Below are positions 42,201-56,500 of a stretch of 64,000 bases of DNA, in pieces. The position numbers and the translations under genes were made by a program. Location: positions 223,944,001 through 224,008,000 of the forward strand of contig OZ024743.1 in assembly GCA_964016885.1 (NCBI GenBank), in the 5' to 3' direction. This DNA comes from Eledone cirrhosa. Taxonomy: Eukaryota. The stretch's first letter is position 1, and every line of letters begins with the position of its first letter. The notes beneath the pieces were generated by a model. That model had not been told where the DNA came from and did not search any database. It saw nothing but the letters and a program-made list of their open reading frames with translations.

Positions 42201-45200
42201 GTTGATATTGTTGTTGTTGTCATTGTTATTGGTGGTGATATTGTTGTTGTTGTCGTTGTTATTGGTGTTGATATTGCGGTTGTTGTCATTGTTATTGGTG
42301 TTGATATTGCTGTTGTTGTCATTGTTATTGGTGTTGATATTGTTGTTGTTATCATTGTTATTGGTGTTGATATTGCTGTTGTTGTCATTGTTATTGGTGT
42401 TGATATTGCTTTTGTTGTCATTGTTATTGGTGTTGATATTGCTGTTGTTGTCGTTGTTATTGGTGTTGATATTGTTGTTGTTGTCATTGTTATTGGTGTT
42501 GATATTGTTGTTGTTGTCGTTGTTATTGGTGTCGATATTGTTGTTGTTGTCATTGTTATAGGTGGTGATATTGTCGTTGTTGTCGTTGTTATCGGTGGTG
42601 ATATTGTTGTTGTTGTCGTTGTTATTGGTGTTGATATTGCTGTTGTTGTCATTGTTATTGGTGGTGATATTGTTGTTGTTGTCATTGTTATTGGTGTTGA
42701 TATTGTTGTTGTTGTCGTTGTTATTGGTGTTGATATTGCTGTTGTTGTCATTGTTATTGTTGTTGATATTGCTGTTGTTGTCATTGTTATTGGTGGTGAT
42801 ATTGTTGTTGTTGTCGTTGTTATTGGTGTTGATATTGCTGTTGTTGTCGTTGTTATTGGTGTTGATATTACTGATGTTGTCGTTGTTATTGGTGTTGATA
42901 TTGCTGTTGTTGTCGTTGTTATTGGTGGTGATATTGTTGTTGTTGTCGTTGTTATTGATGTTGATATTGCTGTTGTTGTTGTTATTGGTGTTGATATTGC
43001 TGTTGTTGTCATTGTTATTGGTGGTGATATTGTTGTTGTTGTCGTTGTTATTGGTGTTGATATTGCTGTTGTTGTTATTGTTATTGGTGTTGATATTGTT
43101 GTTGTTGTCATTGTTATTGGTGTTGATATTGTTGTTGTTGTCGGTGTTATTGGTGGTGATATTGTTGTTGTTGTCGTTGTTATTGGTGTTGATATTGCTA
43201 TTGTTGTCGTTGTTATTGGTGGTGATATTGCTGTTGTTGTCATTGTTATTGGTGGTGATATTGTTGATGTTGTCGTTGTTATTGGTGTTGATATTACTGA
43301 TGTTGTCGTTGTTATTGGTGTTGATATTACTGTTGTTGTCATTGTTATTGGTGGTGATATTGCTGTTGTTTTCATTGTTATTGGTGTTGATATTGCTGTT
43401 GTTGTCATTGTTATTGGTGGTGATATTGTTGTTGTTGTCGTTGTTATTGGTGTTGATATTGCGGTTGTTGTCATTGTTATTGGTGTTGATATTGCTGTTG
43501 TTGTCGTTGTTATTGGTGGTGATATTGCTGTTGTTGTTGTTGTTATTGGTGTTGATATTGTTGTTGTTGTATTTGTTATTGCTTTGATATTGCTGTTGTT
43601 GTCATTGTTATTGGTGTTTATATTGCTGTTGTTGTCATTGTTATTGGTGTTGATATTGTTGTTATTGTAGTTGTTATTGGTGGTGATATTGCTGTTGTTG
43701 TCATTGTTATTGATGTTGATATTGCTGTTGTTGTCGTTGTTATTGGTGGTGATATTGCTGTTGTTGTCATTGTTATTGATGTTGATATTGCTGTTGTTGT
43801 CGTTGTTATTGGTGTTGATATTGCGGTTGTTGTCATTGTTATTGGTGTTGATATTGTTGTTGTTGTAGTTGTTATTGGTGGTGATATTGCTGTTTTTGTC
43901 ATCGTTATTGATGTTGATATTGCTGTTGTTGTCATTGTTATTGGTGTTGATATTGCTGTTGTTGTCGTTGTTATTGGTGTTGATATTGCTGTTGTTGTCC
44001 TTGTTATTAGTGTTGATATTGCGGTTGTTGTTATTGTTATTGGTGTTGATATTGCTGTTGTTGTTATTGTTATTGGTGTTGATATTGTTGTTGTTATCAT
44101 TGTTATTGGTGTTGATATTGCTGTTGTTGTCATTGTTATTGGTGTTGATATTGCTGTTGTTGTCGTTGTTATTGCTGGTGATATTGTTGTTGTTGTCGTT
44201 GTTATTGGTGTTGATATTGTTGTTGTTGTTGTTGTTATTGGTGTTGATATTGCTGTTGTTGTCCTTGTTATTGGTGTTGATATTGCTGTTGTTGTCGTTG
44301 TTATTGGTGTTGATATTGCGGTTGTTGTCATTGTTATTGGTGTTGATATTGCTGATGTTGTCATTGTTATTGGTGTTGATATTGTTGTTGTTATCATTGT
44401 TATTGGTGTTGATATTGCTGTTGTTGTCATTGTTATTGGTGTTGATATTGCTTTTGTTGTCATTGTTATTGGTGGTGATATTGTTGTTGTTATCATTGTT
44501 ATTGGTGTTGATATTGCTGTTGTTGTTATTGTTATTGGTGTTGATATTGTTGTTGTTATCATTGTTATTGGTGTTGATATTGCTGTTGTTGTTATTGTTA
44601 TTGGTGTTGATATTGTTGTTGTTATCATTGTTATTGGTGTTGATATTGCTGTTGTTGTCATTGTTATTGGTGTTGATATTGCTGATGTTGTCATTGTTAT
44701 TGGTGTTGATATTGTTGTTGTTATCATTGTTATTGGTGTTGATATTGCTGTTGTTGTTATTGTTATTGGTGTTGATATTGTTGTTGTTATCATTGTTATT
44801 GGTGTTGATATTGCTGTTGTTGTCATTGTTATTGGTGTTGATATTGCTGATGTTGTCATTGTTATTGGTGTTGATATTGTTGTTGTTATCATTGTTATTG
44901 GTGTTGATATTGCTGTTGTTGTCATTGTTATTGGTGTTGATATTGCTTTTGTTGTCATTGTTATTGGTGTTGATATTGCTTTTGTTGTCATTGTTATTGG
45001 TGGTGATATTGCTTTTGTTGTCATTTTTATTGGTGTTGATATTGCTGTTGTTGTCATTGTTATTGGTGTTGATATTGCTGTTGTTGTCATTGTTATTGGT
45101 GTTGATATTGCTTTTGTTGTCATTGTTATTGGTGGTGATATTGCTATTGTTGTCATTGTTATTGGTGTTGATATTGCTGTTGTTGTCATTGTTATTGGTG

Positions 45201-48200
45201 TTGATATTGCTTTTGTTGTCATTATTATTGGTGGTGATATTGCTGTTGTTGTCATTGTTATTGGTGTTGATATTGCTGTTGTTGTCGTTGTTATTGGTGG
45301 TGATATTGTTGTTGTTGTCGTTGTTATTGATGTTGATATTGCTGTTGTTGTTGTTATTGGTGTTGATATTGCTGTTGTTGTCATTGTTATTGGTGGTGAT
45401 ATTGTTGTTGTTGTCGTTGTTATTGGTGTTGATATTGCTGTTGTTGTCGTTGTTATTGGTGTTGATATTGTTGTTGTTGTCATTGTTATTGGTGTTGATA
45501 TTGATGTTGTTGTCGTTGTTATTGGTGTTGATATTGTTGTTGTTGTCATTGTTATAGGTGGTGATATTGTCGTTGTTGTCGTTGTTATTGGTGGTGATAT
45601 TGTTGTTGTTGTCGTTGTTATTGGTGTTGATATTGCTGTTGTTGTCGTTGTTATTGGTGGTGATATTGCTGTTGTTGTCATTGTTATTGGTGGTGATATT
45701 GTTGATGTTGTCGTTGTTATTGGTGTTGATATTACTGTTGTTGTCGTTATTATTGGTGGTGATATTGCTGTTGTTTTCATTGTTATTGGTGTTGATATTG
45801 CTGTTGTTGTTATTGTTATTGGTGTTGATATTGTTGTTGTTGTCATTGTTATTGGTGTTGATATTGTTGTTGTTGTCGTTGTTATTGGTGGTGATATTGC
45901 TGTTGTTGTCATTGTTATTGGTGGTGATATTGTTGTTGTTGTCGTTGTTATAGGTGTTGATATTGCGGTTGTTGTCATTGTTATTGGTGTTGATATTGCT
46001 GTTGTTGTCGTTGTTATTGGTGGTGATATTGCTGTTGTTGTCGTTGTTATTGCTGGTGATATTGTTGTTGTTGTCATTGTTATTTGTGTTGATATTGCTG
46101 TTGTTGTCGTTGTTATTGGTGTTGATATTGCTGTTGTTGTCGTTGTTATTGGTGGTGATATTGCTGTTGTTGTAGTTGTTATTGGTGGTGATATTGCTGT
46201 TGTTGTCGTTGTTATTGGTGTTGATATTGCTGTTGTTGTCATTGTTATTGGTGGTGATATTGCTGTTGTTGTCGTTGTTATTGGTGTTGATATTGCTGTT
46301 GTTGTCATTGTTATTGGTGTTGATATTGTTGTTGTTGTCATTGTTATTGGTGGTGATATTGTTGTTGTTGTCGTTGTTATTGGTGTTGATATTGCGGTTG
46401 TTGTCATTGTTATTGGTGTTGATATTTCTGTTGTTGTCGTTGTTATTGGTGTTGATATTGCTGTTGTTGTCATTGTTATTGGTGTTGATATTGTTGTTGT
46501 TGTCGTTGTTATTGGTGTTGATATTGTTGTTGTTGTCGTTGTTATTGGTGTTGATATTGCTGTTGTTGTCATTGTTATTGGTGTTGATATTGCTGTTGTT
46601 GTCGTTGTTATTGGTGTTGATATTGCTGTTGTTGTCATTGTTATTGGTGTTGATATTGTTGTTGTTGTCGTTGTTATTGGTGTTGATATTGCTGTTGTTG
46701 TCGTTGTTATTGGTGTTGATATTGCTGTTGTTGTCATTGTTATTGGTGTTGATATTGCTGTTGTTGTCGTTGTTATTGGTGTTGATATTGCTGTTGTTGT
46801 CATTGTTATTGGTGTTGATATTGTTGTTGTTGTCGTTGTTATTGGTGTTGATATTGCTGTTGTTGTCGTTGTTATTGGTGTTGATATTGCTGTTGTTGTC
46901 ATTGTTATTGGTGTTGATATTGCTGTTGTTGTCGTTGTTATTGGTGTTGATATTGCTGTTGTTGTCATTGTTATTGGTGTTGATATTGCTGTTGTTGTCG
47001 TTGTTATTGGTGTTGATATTGCTGTTGTTGTCATTGTTATTGGTGTTGATATTGTTGTTGTTGTCGTTGTTATTGGTGTTGATATTGCTGTTGTTGTCGT
47101 TGTTATTGGTGTTGATATTGCTGTTGTTGTCATTGTTATTGGTGTTGATATTGCTGTTGTTGTCGTTGTTATTGGTGTTGATATTGCTGTTGTTGTCATT
47201 GTTATTGGTGTTGATATTGTTGTTGTTGTCGTTGTTATTGGTGTTGATATTGCTGTTGTTGTCGTTGTTATTGGTGTTGATATTGCTGTTGTTGTCATTG
47301 TTATTGGTGTTGATATTGCTGTTGTTGTCGTTGTTATTGGTGTTGATATTGCTGTTGTTGTCATTGTTATTGGTGTTGATATTGTTGTTGTTGTCGTTGT
47401 TATTGGTGTTGATATTGCTGTTGTTGTCATTGTTATTGGTGTTGATATTGCTTTTGTTGTCATTGTTATTGGTGTTGATATTGCTGTTGTTGTCGTTGTT
47501 ATTGGTGTTGATATTGTTGTTGTTGTCATTGTTATTGGTGTTGATATTGTTGTTGTTGTCGTTGTTATTGGTGTTGATATTGTTGTTGTTGTCATTGTTA
47601 TAGGTGGTGATATTGTCGTTGTTGTCGTTGTTATTGGTGGTGATATTGTTGTTGTTGTCGTTGTTATTGGTGTTGATATTGCTGTTGTTGTCATTGTTAT
47701 TGGTGGTGATATTGTTGTTGTTGTCATTGTTATTGGTGTTGATATTGTTGTTGTTGTCGTTGTTATTGGTGTTGATATTGCTGTTGTTGTCATTGTTATT
47801 GGTGTTGATATTGCTGTTGTTGTCATTGTTATTGGTGGTGATATTGTTGTTGTTGTCGTTGTTATTGGTGTTGATATTGCTGTTGTTGTCATTGTTATTG
47901 GTGGTGATATTGTTGTTGTTGTCATTGTTATTGGTGTTGATATTGTTGTTGTTGTCGTTGTTATTGGTGTTGATATTGCTGTTGTTGTCATTGTTATTGG
48001 TGTTGATATTGCTGTTGTTGTCGTTGTTATTGGTGGTGATATTGCTGTTGTTTTCATTGTTATTGGTGTTGATATTGTTGTTGTTGTCGTTGTTATTGGT
48101 GTTGATATTGCTGTTGTTGTCATTGTTATTGGTGTTGATATTGCTGTTGTTGTCATTGTTATTGGTGTTGATATTGTTGTTGTTGTCATTGTTATTGGTG

Positions 48201-48300
48201 TTGATATCGTTGTTGTTGTCGTTGTTATTGGTGTTGATATTGCTGTTGTTGTCATTGTTATTGGTGTTGATATTGTTGTTGTTGTCATTGTTATTGGTGG
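30300..48300. repeat. Higher-order repeat family marked by GTATTTGTTATTGCTTTGAT, four copies spaced 2273, 3428 and 6946 bp
   Basis: The rare marker ends ORFs at 30940, 33213, 36641 and 43587. Near-identical 562-aa ORFs start at 33495, 36923 and 43869. Confidence 0.9.
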
Positions 48301-50500
48301 TGATATAGGCTGTTGTTGTCGTTGTTATTGGTGTTGATATTGCTGTTGTTGTCATTGTTATTGTTGTTGATATTGCTGTTGTTGTCGTTGTTATTGGTGT
48401 TGATATTGTTGTTGTTGTCATTGTTATTGGTGTTTATATTGCTGTTGTTGTCATTGTTATTGGTGGTGATATTGCTGTTGTTGTCATTGTTATTGGTGTT
48501 GATATTGTTGTTGTTGTCATTGTTATTGGTTTTGATATTGTTGTCATTGTTATTGGTGTTTATATTGCTGTTGTTGTCTTTGTTATTGGTGGTGATATTA
48601 TTGTTGTTGTCATTGTTATTGCTGTTGATATTGTTGTCATTGTTATTGGTGTTGATATTGTTGTTGTTGTCATTGTTATTGGTGGTGATATTGCTGTTGT
48701 TGTCATTGTTATTGGTGGTGATATTGCTGTTGTTGTCATTGTTATTGGTGTTGATATTGTTGTTGTTGTCGTTGTTATTGGTGGTGATATTGCTTTTGTT
48801 GTCATTGTTATTGGTGTTGATATTGCTGTTGTTGTCATTGTTATTGGTGTTGATATTGCTGTTGTTGTCATTGTTATTGGTGTTGATATTGCTTTTGTTG
48901 TCATTGTTATTGGTGGTGATATTGCTATTGTTGTCATTGTTATTGGTGTTGATATTGCTGTTGTTGTCATTGTTATTGGTGGTGATATTGTTGTTGTTGT
49001 CGTTGTTATTGGTGTTGATATTGCTGTTGTTGTCGTTGTTATTGGTGTTGATATTGTTGTTGTTGTCATTGTTATTGGTGTTGATATTGATGTTGTTGTC
49101 GTTGTTATTGGTGTTGATATTGTTGTTGTTGTCATTGTTATAGGTGGTGATATTGTCGTTGTTGTCGTTGTTATTGGTGGTGATATTGTTGTTGTTGTCG
49201 TTGTTATTGGTGTTGATATTGCTGTTGTTGTCGTTGTTATTGGTGGTGATATTGCTGTTGTTGTCATTGTTATTGGTGGTGATATTGTTGATGTTGTCGT
49301 TGTTATTGGTGTTGATATTACTGTTGTTGTCGTTGTTATTGGTGGTTGATATTGCTGTTGTTTTCATTGTTATTGGTGTTGATATTGCTGTTGTTGTTAT
49401 TGTTATTGGTGTTGATATTGTTGTTGTTGTCATTGTTATTGGTGTTGATATTGTTGTTGTTGTCGTTGTTATTGGTGGTGATATTGCTGTTGTTGTCATT
49501 GTGGTTGGTAGTGATATTGTTGTTGTTGTCGTTGTTATAGGTGTTGATATTGCGGTTGTTGTCATTGTTATTGGTGTTGATATTGCTGTTGTTGTCGTTG
49601 TTATTGGTGGTGATATTGCTGTTGTTGTCGTTGTTATTGCTGGTGATATTGTTGTTGTTGTCATTGTTATTGGTGTTGATATTGCTGTTGTTGTCGTTGT
49701 TATTGGTGTTGATATTGCTGTTGTTGTCGTTGTTATTGGTGGTGATATTGCTGTTGTTGTAGTTGTTATTGGTGGTGATATTGCTGTTGTTGTCGTTGTT
49801 ATTGGTGTTGATATTGCTGTTGTTGTCATTGTTATTGGTGGTGATATTGCTGTTGTTGTCGTTGTTATTGGTGTTGATATTGCTGTTGTTGTCATTGTTA
49901 TTGGTGTTGATATTGTTGTTGTTGTCATTGTTATTGGTGGTGATATTGTTGTTGTTGTCGTTGTTATTGGTGTTGATATTGCGGTTGTTGTCATTGTTAT
50001 TGGTGTTGATATTGCTGTTGTTGTCATTGTTATTGGTGTTGATATTGTTGTTGTTATCATTGTTATTGGTGTTGATATTGCTGTTGTTGTCATTGTTATT
50101 GGTGTTGATATTGCTTTTGTTGTCATTGTTATTGGTGTTGATATTGCTGTTGTTGTCGTTGTTATTGGTGTTGATATTGTTGTTGTTGTCATTGTTATTG
50201 GTGTTGATAGTGTTGTTGTTGTCGTTGTTATTGGTGTCGATATTGTTGTTGTTGTCATTGTTATAGGTGGTGATATTGTCGTTGTTGTCGTTGTTATCGG
50301 TGGTGATATTGTTGTTGTTGTCGTTGTTATTGGTGTTGATATTGCTGTTGTTGTCATTGTTATTGGTGGTGATATTGTTGTTGTTGTCATTGTTATTGGT
50401 GTTGATATTGTTGTTGTTGTCGTTGTTATTGGTGTTGATATTGCTGTTGTTGTCATTGTTATTGTTGTTGATATTGCTGTTGTTGTCATTGTTATTGTTG
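39620..50500. repeat. Duplication with 7804-bp offset (~39620-42780 vs ~47430-50500)
   Basis: GATATC at 40399/48203, GATATAGGCT at ~40498/48302, GGTTTTGAT at ~40724/48528. Identical 235-aa ORFs at 40756 and 48560. Confidence 0.88.
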
Positions 50501-53500
50501 TTGATATTGCTGTTGTTGTCATTGTTATTGGTGGTGATATTGTTGTTGTTGTCATTGTTATTGGTGTTGATATTGTTGTTGTTGTCGTTGTTATTGGTGT
50601 TGATATTGCTGTTGTTGTCATTGTTATTGGTGTTGATATTGCTGTTGTTGTCGTTGTTATTGGTGTTGATATTGCTGTTGTTGTCATTGTTATTGGTGTT
50701 GATATTGTTGTTGTTGTCGTTGTTATTGGTGTTGATATTGCTGTTGTTGTCATTGTTATTGGTGTTGATATTGCTGTTGTTGTCGTTGTTATTGGTGTTG
50801 ATATTGCTGTTGTTGTCATTGTTATTGGTGTTGATATTGTTGTTGTTGTCGTTGTTATTGGTGTTGATATTGCTGTTGTTGTCATTGTTATTGGTGTTGA
50901 TATTGCTGTTGTTGTCGTTGTTATTGGTGGTGATATTGCTGTTGTTTTCATTGTTATTTGTGTTGATATTGTTGTTGTTGTCGTTGTTATTGGTGTTGAT
51001 ATTGCTGTTGTTGTCATTGTTATTGGTGTTGATATTGCTGTTGTTGTCATTGTTATTGGTGGTGATATTGTTGTTGTTGTCATTGTTATTGGTGTTGATA
51101 TTGTTGTTGTTGTCGTTGTTATTGGTGTTGATATTGCTGTTGTTGTCATTGTTATTGGTGGTGATATAGGCTGTTGTTGTCGTTGTTATTGGTGTTGATA
51201 TTGCTGTTGTTGTCATTGTTATTGGTGTTTATATTGCTGTTGTTGTCATTGTTATTGGTGGTGATATTGCTGTTGTTGTCGTTGTTATTGGTGTTGATAT
51301 TGTTGTTGTTGTCATTGTTATTGGTGTTTATATTGCTGTTGTTGTCATTGTTATTGGTGGTGATATTGCTGTTGTTGTCATTGTTATTGGTGTTGATATT
51401 GTTGTTGTTGTCATTGTTATTGGTGTTGATATTGTTGTCATTGTTATTGGTGTTGATATTGTTGTTGTTGTCATTGTTATTGGTGGTGATATTGCTGTTG
51501 TTGTCATTGTTATTGGTGTTGATATTGTTGTTGTTGTCGTTGTTATTGGTGTTGATATTGTTGTTGTTGTTGTAGTTGTTATTGGTGTTGATATTGTTGT
51601 TGTTGTCGTTGTTATTGGTGGTGATATTGCTGTTGTTGTCATTGTTATTGGTGTTGATATTGTTGTTGTTGTCGTTGTTATTGGTGTTGATATTGTTGTT
51701 GTTGTTGTAGTTGTTATTGGTGTTGATATTGTTGTTGTTGTTGTAGTTGTTATTGGTGTTGATATTGTTGTTGTTGTCATTGTTATTGGTGGTGATATTG
51801 CTGTTGTTGTCATTGTTATTGGTGTTGATATTGTTGTTGTTGTCGTTGTTATTGGTGTTGATATTGTTGTTGTTGTTGTAGTTGTTATTGGTGGTGATAT
51901 TGCTGTTGTTGTCATTGTTATTGATGTTGATATTGCTGTTGTTGTCGTTGTTATTGGTGTTGATATTGCAGTTGTTGTCATTGTTATTGGTATTGATATT
52001 GCTGTTGTCATTGTTATTGGTGGTGATATTGCTGTTGTTGTCGTTGTTTTTGGTGTTGATATTGCTGTTGGTGTCATTGTTTTGGTGGTGATATTGCTGT
52101 TGTTGTCATTGTTTTGGTGGTGATATTGCTTTTGTTGTCGTTGTTATTGGTGTTGATATTGCGGTTGTTGTCATTGTTATTGGTGTTGATATTGCTGTTG
52201 TTGTCATTGTTATTGGTGTTGATATTGTTGTTGTTATCATTGTTATTGGTGTTGATATTGCTGTTTTTGTCATTGTTATTGGTGTTGATATTGCTTTTGT
52301 TGTCATTGTTATTGGTGTTGATATTGCTGTTGTTGTCGTTGTTATTGGTGTTGATATTGTTGTTGTTGTCGTTGTTAGTGGTGTTGATATTGTTGTTGTT
52401 GTCGTTGTTATTGGTGTTGATATTGTTGTTGTTGTCATTGTTATTGGTGTTGATATTGCTGTTGTTGTCGTTGTTATTGGTGTTGATATTGTTGTTGTTG
52501 TCGTTGTTATTGGTGTTGATATTGTTGTTGTTATCATTGTTATTGGTGTTGATATTGCTGTTTTTGTCATTGTTATTGGTGTTGATATTGCTTTTGTTGT
52601 CGTTGTTATTGGTGTTGATATTGCTGTTGTTGTCGTTCTTATTGGTGGTGATATTGTTGTTGTTGTCGTTGTTAGTGGTGTTGATATTGTTGTTGTTGTC
52701 GTTGTTATTGATGTTGATATTGCTGTTTTTGTCATTGTTATTGGTGTTGATATTGCTGTTGTTGTCATTGTTATTGGTGTTGATATTGCTGTTGTTGTCA
52801 TTGTTATTGGTGTTGATATTGCTGTTGTTGTTGTTATTGGTGTTGATATTGCTGTTGTTGTCATTGTTATTGGTGTTGATATTGCTGTTGTTGTCATTGT
52901 TATTGGTGGTGATATTGTTGTTGTCATTGTTATTGGTGTTGTCATTGTTATTGGTGGCAATATTGTTGTTGTTGTCATTGTTATAGGTGGTGATATTGTT
53001 GTTGTTGTCATTGTTATTGGTGTTGATATTGCTGTTGTTGTCGTTGTTATTGGTGTTGATATTACTGTTGTTGTTGTTATTGGTGTTGATATTGCTGTTG
53101 TTGTCGTTGTTATTGGTGGTGATATTGTTGTTGCCATTGTTATTGGTGTTGTCATTGTTATTGGTGGCAATATTGCTGTTGTTGTCGTTGTTATTGGTGT
53201 TGATATTGCTGTTGTTGTCATTGTTATTGGTGTTGATATTGCTGTTGTTGTCACTGTTATTGGTGTTGATATTGCTGTTTTTGTCGTTGTTATTGGTGTT
53301 GATATTGTTGTTGTTGTCATTGTTATTGGTGTTGATATTGTTGTTGTTGTCGTTGTTATTGGTGTTGATATTGTTGTTGTTGTCATTGTTATAGGTGGTG
53401 ATATTGTTGTTGTTGTCGTTGTTATTGGTGGTGATATTGTTGTTGTTGTCGTTGTTATTGGTGTTGATATTGTTGTTGTCATTGTTATTGGTATTGATAT

Positions 53501-56500
53501 TGTTGTTGTTATCATTGTTATTGGTGTTGATATTGTTGATGTTGTCGTTGTTATTGGTGTTGATATTACTGTTGTTGTCGTTGTTATTGGTGGTGATATT
53601 GCTGTTGTTTTCATTGTTATTGGTGTTGATATTGCTGTTGTTGTCATTGTTATTGGTGTTGATATTGTTGTTGTTGTCGTTGTTATTGGTGTTGATATTG
53701 CTGTTGTTGTCATTGTTATTGGTGTTGATATTGCTGTTGTTGTCATTGTTATTGGTGGTGATATTGCTGTTGTTGTCATTGTTATTGGTGGTGATATTGT
53801 TGTTGTTGTCATTGTTATTGGTGTTGATATTGCTGTTGTTGTCATTGTTATTGGTGTTGATATTGCTGTTGTTGTCATTGTTATTGGTGTTGATATTGTT
53901 GATGTTGTCATTGTTATTGGTGTTGATATTGCTGTTGTTGTCATTGTTATTGGTGTTGATATTGTTGATGTTGTCATTGTTATTGGTGTTGATATTGCTG
54001 TTGTTGTCATTGTTATTGGTGTTGATATTGTTGTTGTTGTCATTGTTATTGGTGGTGATATTGCTGTTGTTGTCATTGTTATTGGTGGTGATATTGTTGA
54101 TGTTGTCGTTGTTATTGGTGGTGATATGACTGTTGTTGTCATTGTTATTGGTGGTGATATTGTTGTTGTTGTCGTTGTTATTGGTGTTGATATTGCTGTT
54201 GTTGTCGTTGTTATTGGTGGTGATATTGTTGATGTTGTCGTTGTTATTGGTGTTGATATTACTGTTGTTGTCGTTGTTATTGGTGGTGATATTGCTGTTG
54301 TTGTCGTTGTTATTGGTGTTGATATTGCTGTTGTTTTCATTGTTATTGGTGTTGATATTGCTGTTGTTGTCATTGTTATTGGTGGTGATATTGTTGTTGT
54401 TGTCATTGTTGTTGGTGGTGATATTGTTGATGTTGTCGTTGTTATTGGTGTTGATATTACTGTTGTTGTCGTTGTTATTGGTGGTGATATTGCTGTTGTT
54501 TTCATTGTTATTGGTGTTGATATTGCTGTTGTTGTCATTGTTATTGGTGGTGATATTGTTGTTGTTGTCGTTGTTATTGGTGTTGGTATTGCGGTTGTTG
54601 TCATTGTTATTGGTGCTGATATTGTTGTTGTTGTAGTTGTTATTGGTGGTGATATTGTTGTTGTTGTCGTTGTTATTGGTGTTGGTATTGCGGTTGTTGT
54701 CATTGTTATTGGTGCTGATATTGTTGTTTTTGTCATTGTTATTGGTGTTGATATTGCGGTTGTTGTCATTGTTATTGGTGGTGATATTGTTGTTGTTGTC
54801 CTTGTTATTGGTGTTGATATTGCGGTTGTTGTCATTGTTATTGGTGGTGATATTGTTGTTGTTGTCATTGTTATTGGTGTTGATATTGCTGTTGTTGTCA
54901 TTGTTATTGGTGGTGATATTGCTGTTGTTGTCATTGTTATTGGTGGTGATATTGTTGTTGTTGTCGTTGTTATTGGTGTTGGTATTGCGGTTGTTGTCAT
55001 TGTTATTGGTGCTGATATTGTTGTTGTTGTAGTTGTTATTGGTGGTGATATTGTTGTTGTTGTCGTTGTTATTGGTGTTGGTATTGCGGTTGTTGTCATT
55101 GTTATTGGTGCTGATATTGTTGTTTTTGTCATTGTTATTGGTGTTGATATTGCGGTTGTTGTCATTGTTATTGGTGGTGATATTGTTGTTGTTGTCCTTG
55201 TTATTGGTGTTGATATTGCGGTTGTTGTCATTGTTATTGGTGGTGATATTGTTGTTGTTGTCATTGTTATTGGTGTTGATATTGCTGTTGTTGTCATTGT
55301 TATTGGTGGTGATATTGCTGTTGTTGTCATTGTTATTGGTGTTGATATTGTTGTTGTTGTCATTGTTATTGGTGGTGATATTGCTGTTGTTGTCATTGTT
55401 ATTGGTGTTGATATTGTTGTTGTTGTCGTTGTTATTGGTGGTGATATTGCTTTTGTTGTCATTGTTATTGGTGTTGATATTGCTGTTGTTGTCATTGTTA
55501 TTGGTGTTGATATTGCTGTTGTTGTCATTGTTATTGGTGTTGATATTGCTTTTGTTGTCATTGTTATTGGTGGTGATATTGCTATTGTTGTCATTGTTAT
55601 TGGTGTTGATATTGCTGTTGTTGTCATTGTTATTGGTGGTGATATTGTTGTTGTTGTCGTTGTTATTGGTGTTGATATTGCTGTTGTTGTCGTTGTTATT
55701 GGTGTTGATATTGTTGTTGTTGTCATTGTTATTGGTGTTGATATTGATGTTGTTGTCGTTGTTATTGGTGTTGATATTGTTGTTGTTGTCATTGTTATAG
55801 GTGGTGATATTGTCGTTGTTGTCGTTGTTATTGGTGGTGATATTGTTGTTGTTGTCGTTGTTATTGGTGTTGATATTGCTGTTGTTGTCGTTGTTATTGG
55901 TGGTGATATTGCTGTTGTTGTCATTGTTATTGGTGGTGATATTGTTGATGTTGTCGTTGTTATTGGTGTTGATATTACTGTTGTTGTCGTTGTTATTGGT
56001 GGTTGATATTGCTGTTGTTTTCATTGTTATTGGTGTTGATATTGCTGTTGTTGTTATTGTTATTGGTGTTGATATTGTTGTTGTTGTCATTGTTATTGGT
56101 GTTGATATTGTTGTTGTTGTCGTTGTTATTGGTGGTGATATTGCTGTTGTTGTCATTGTTATTGGTAGTGATATTGTTGTTGTTGTCGTTGTTATAGGTG
56201 TTGATATTGCGGTTGTTGTCATTGTTATTGGTGTTGATATTGCTGTTGTTGTCGTTGTTATTGGTGGTGATATTGCTGTTGTTGTCGTTGTTATTGCTGG
56301 TGATATTGTTGTTGTTGTCATTGTTATTGGTGTTGATATTGCTGTTGTTGTCGTTGTTATTGGTGTTGATATTGCTGTTGTTGTCGTTGTTATTGGTGGT
56401 GATATTGCTGTTGTTGTAGTTGTTATTGGTGGTGATATTGCTGTTGTTGTCGTTGTTATTGGTGTTGATATTGCTGTTGTTGTCATTGTTATTGGTGGTG

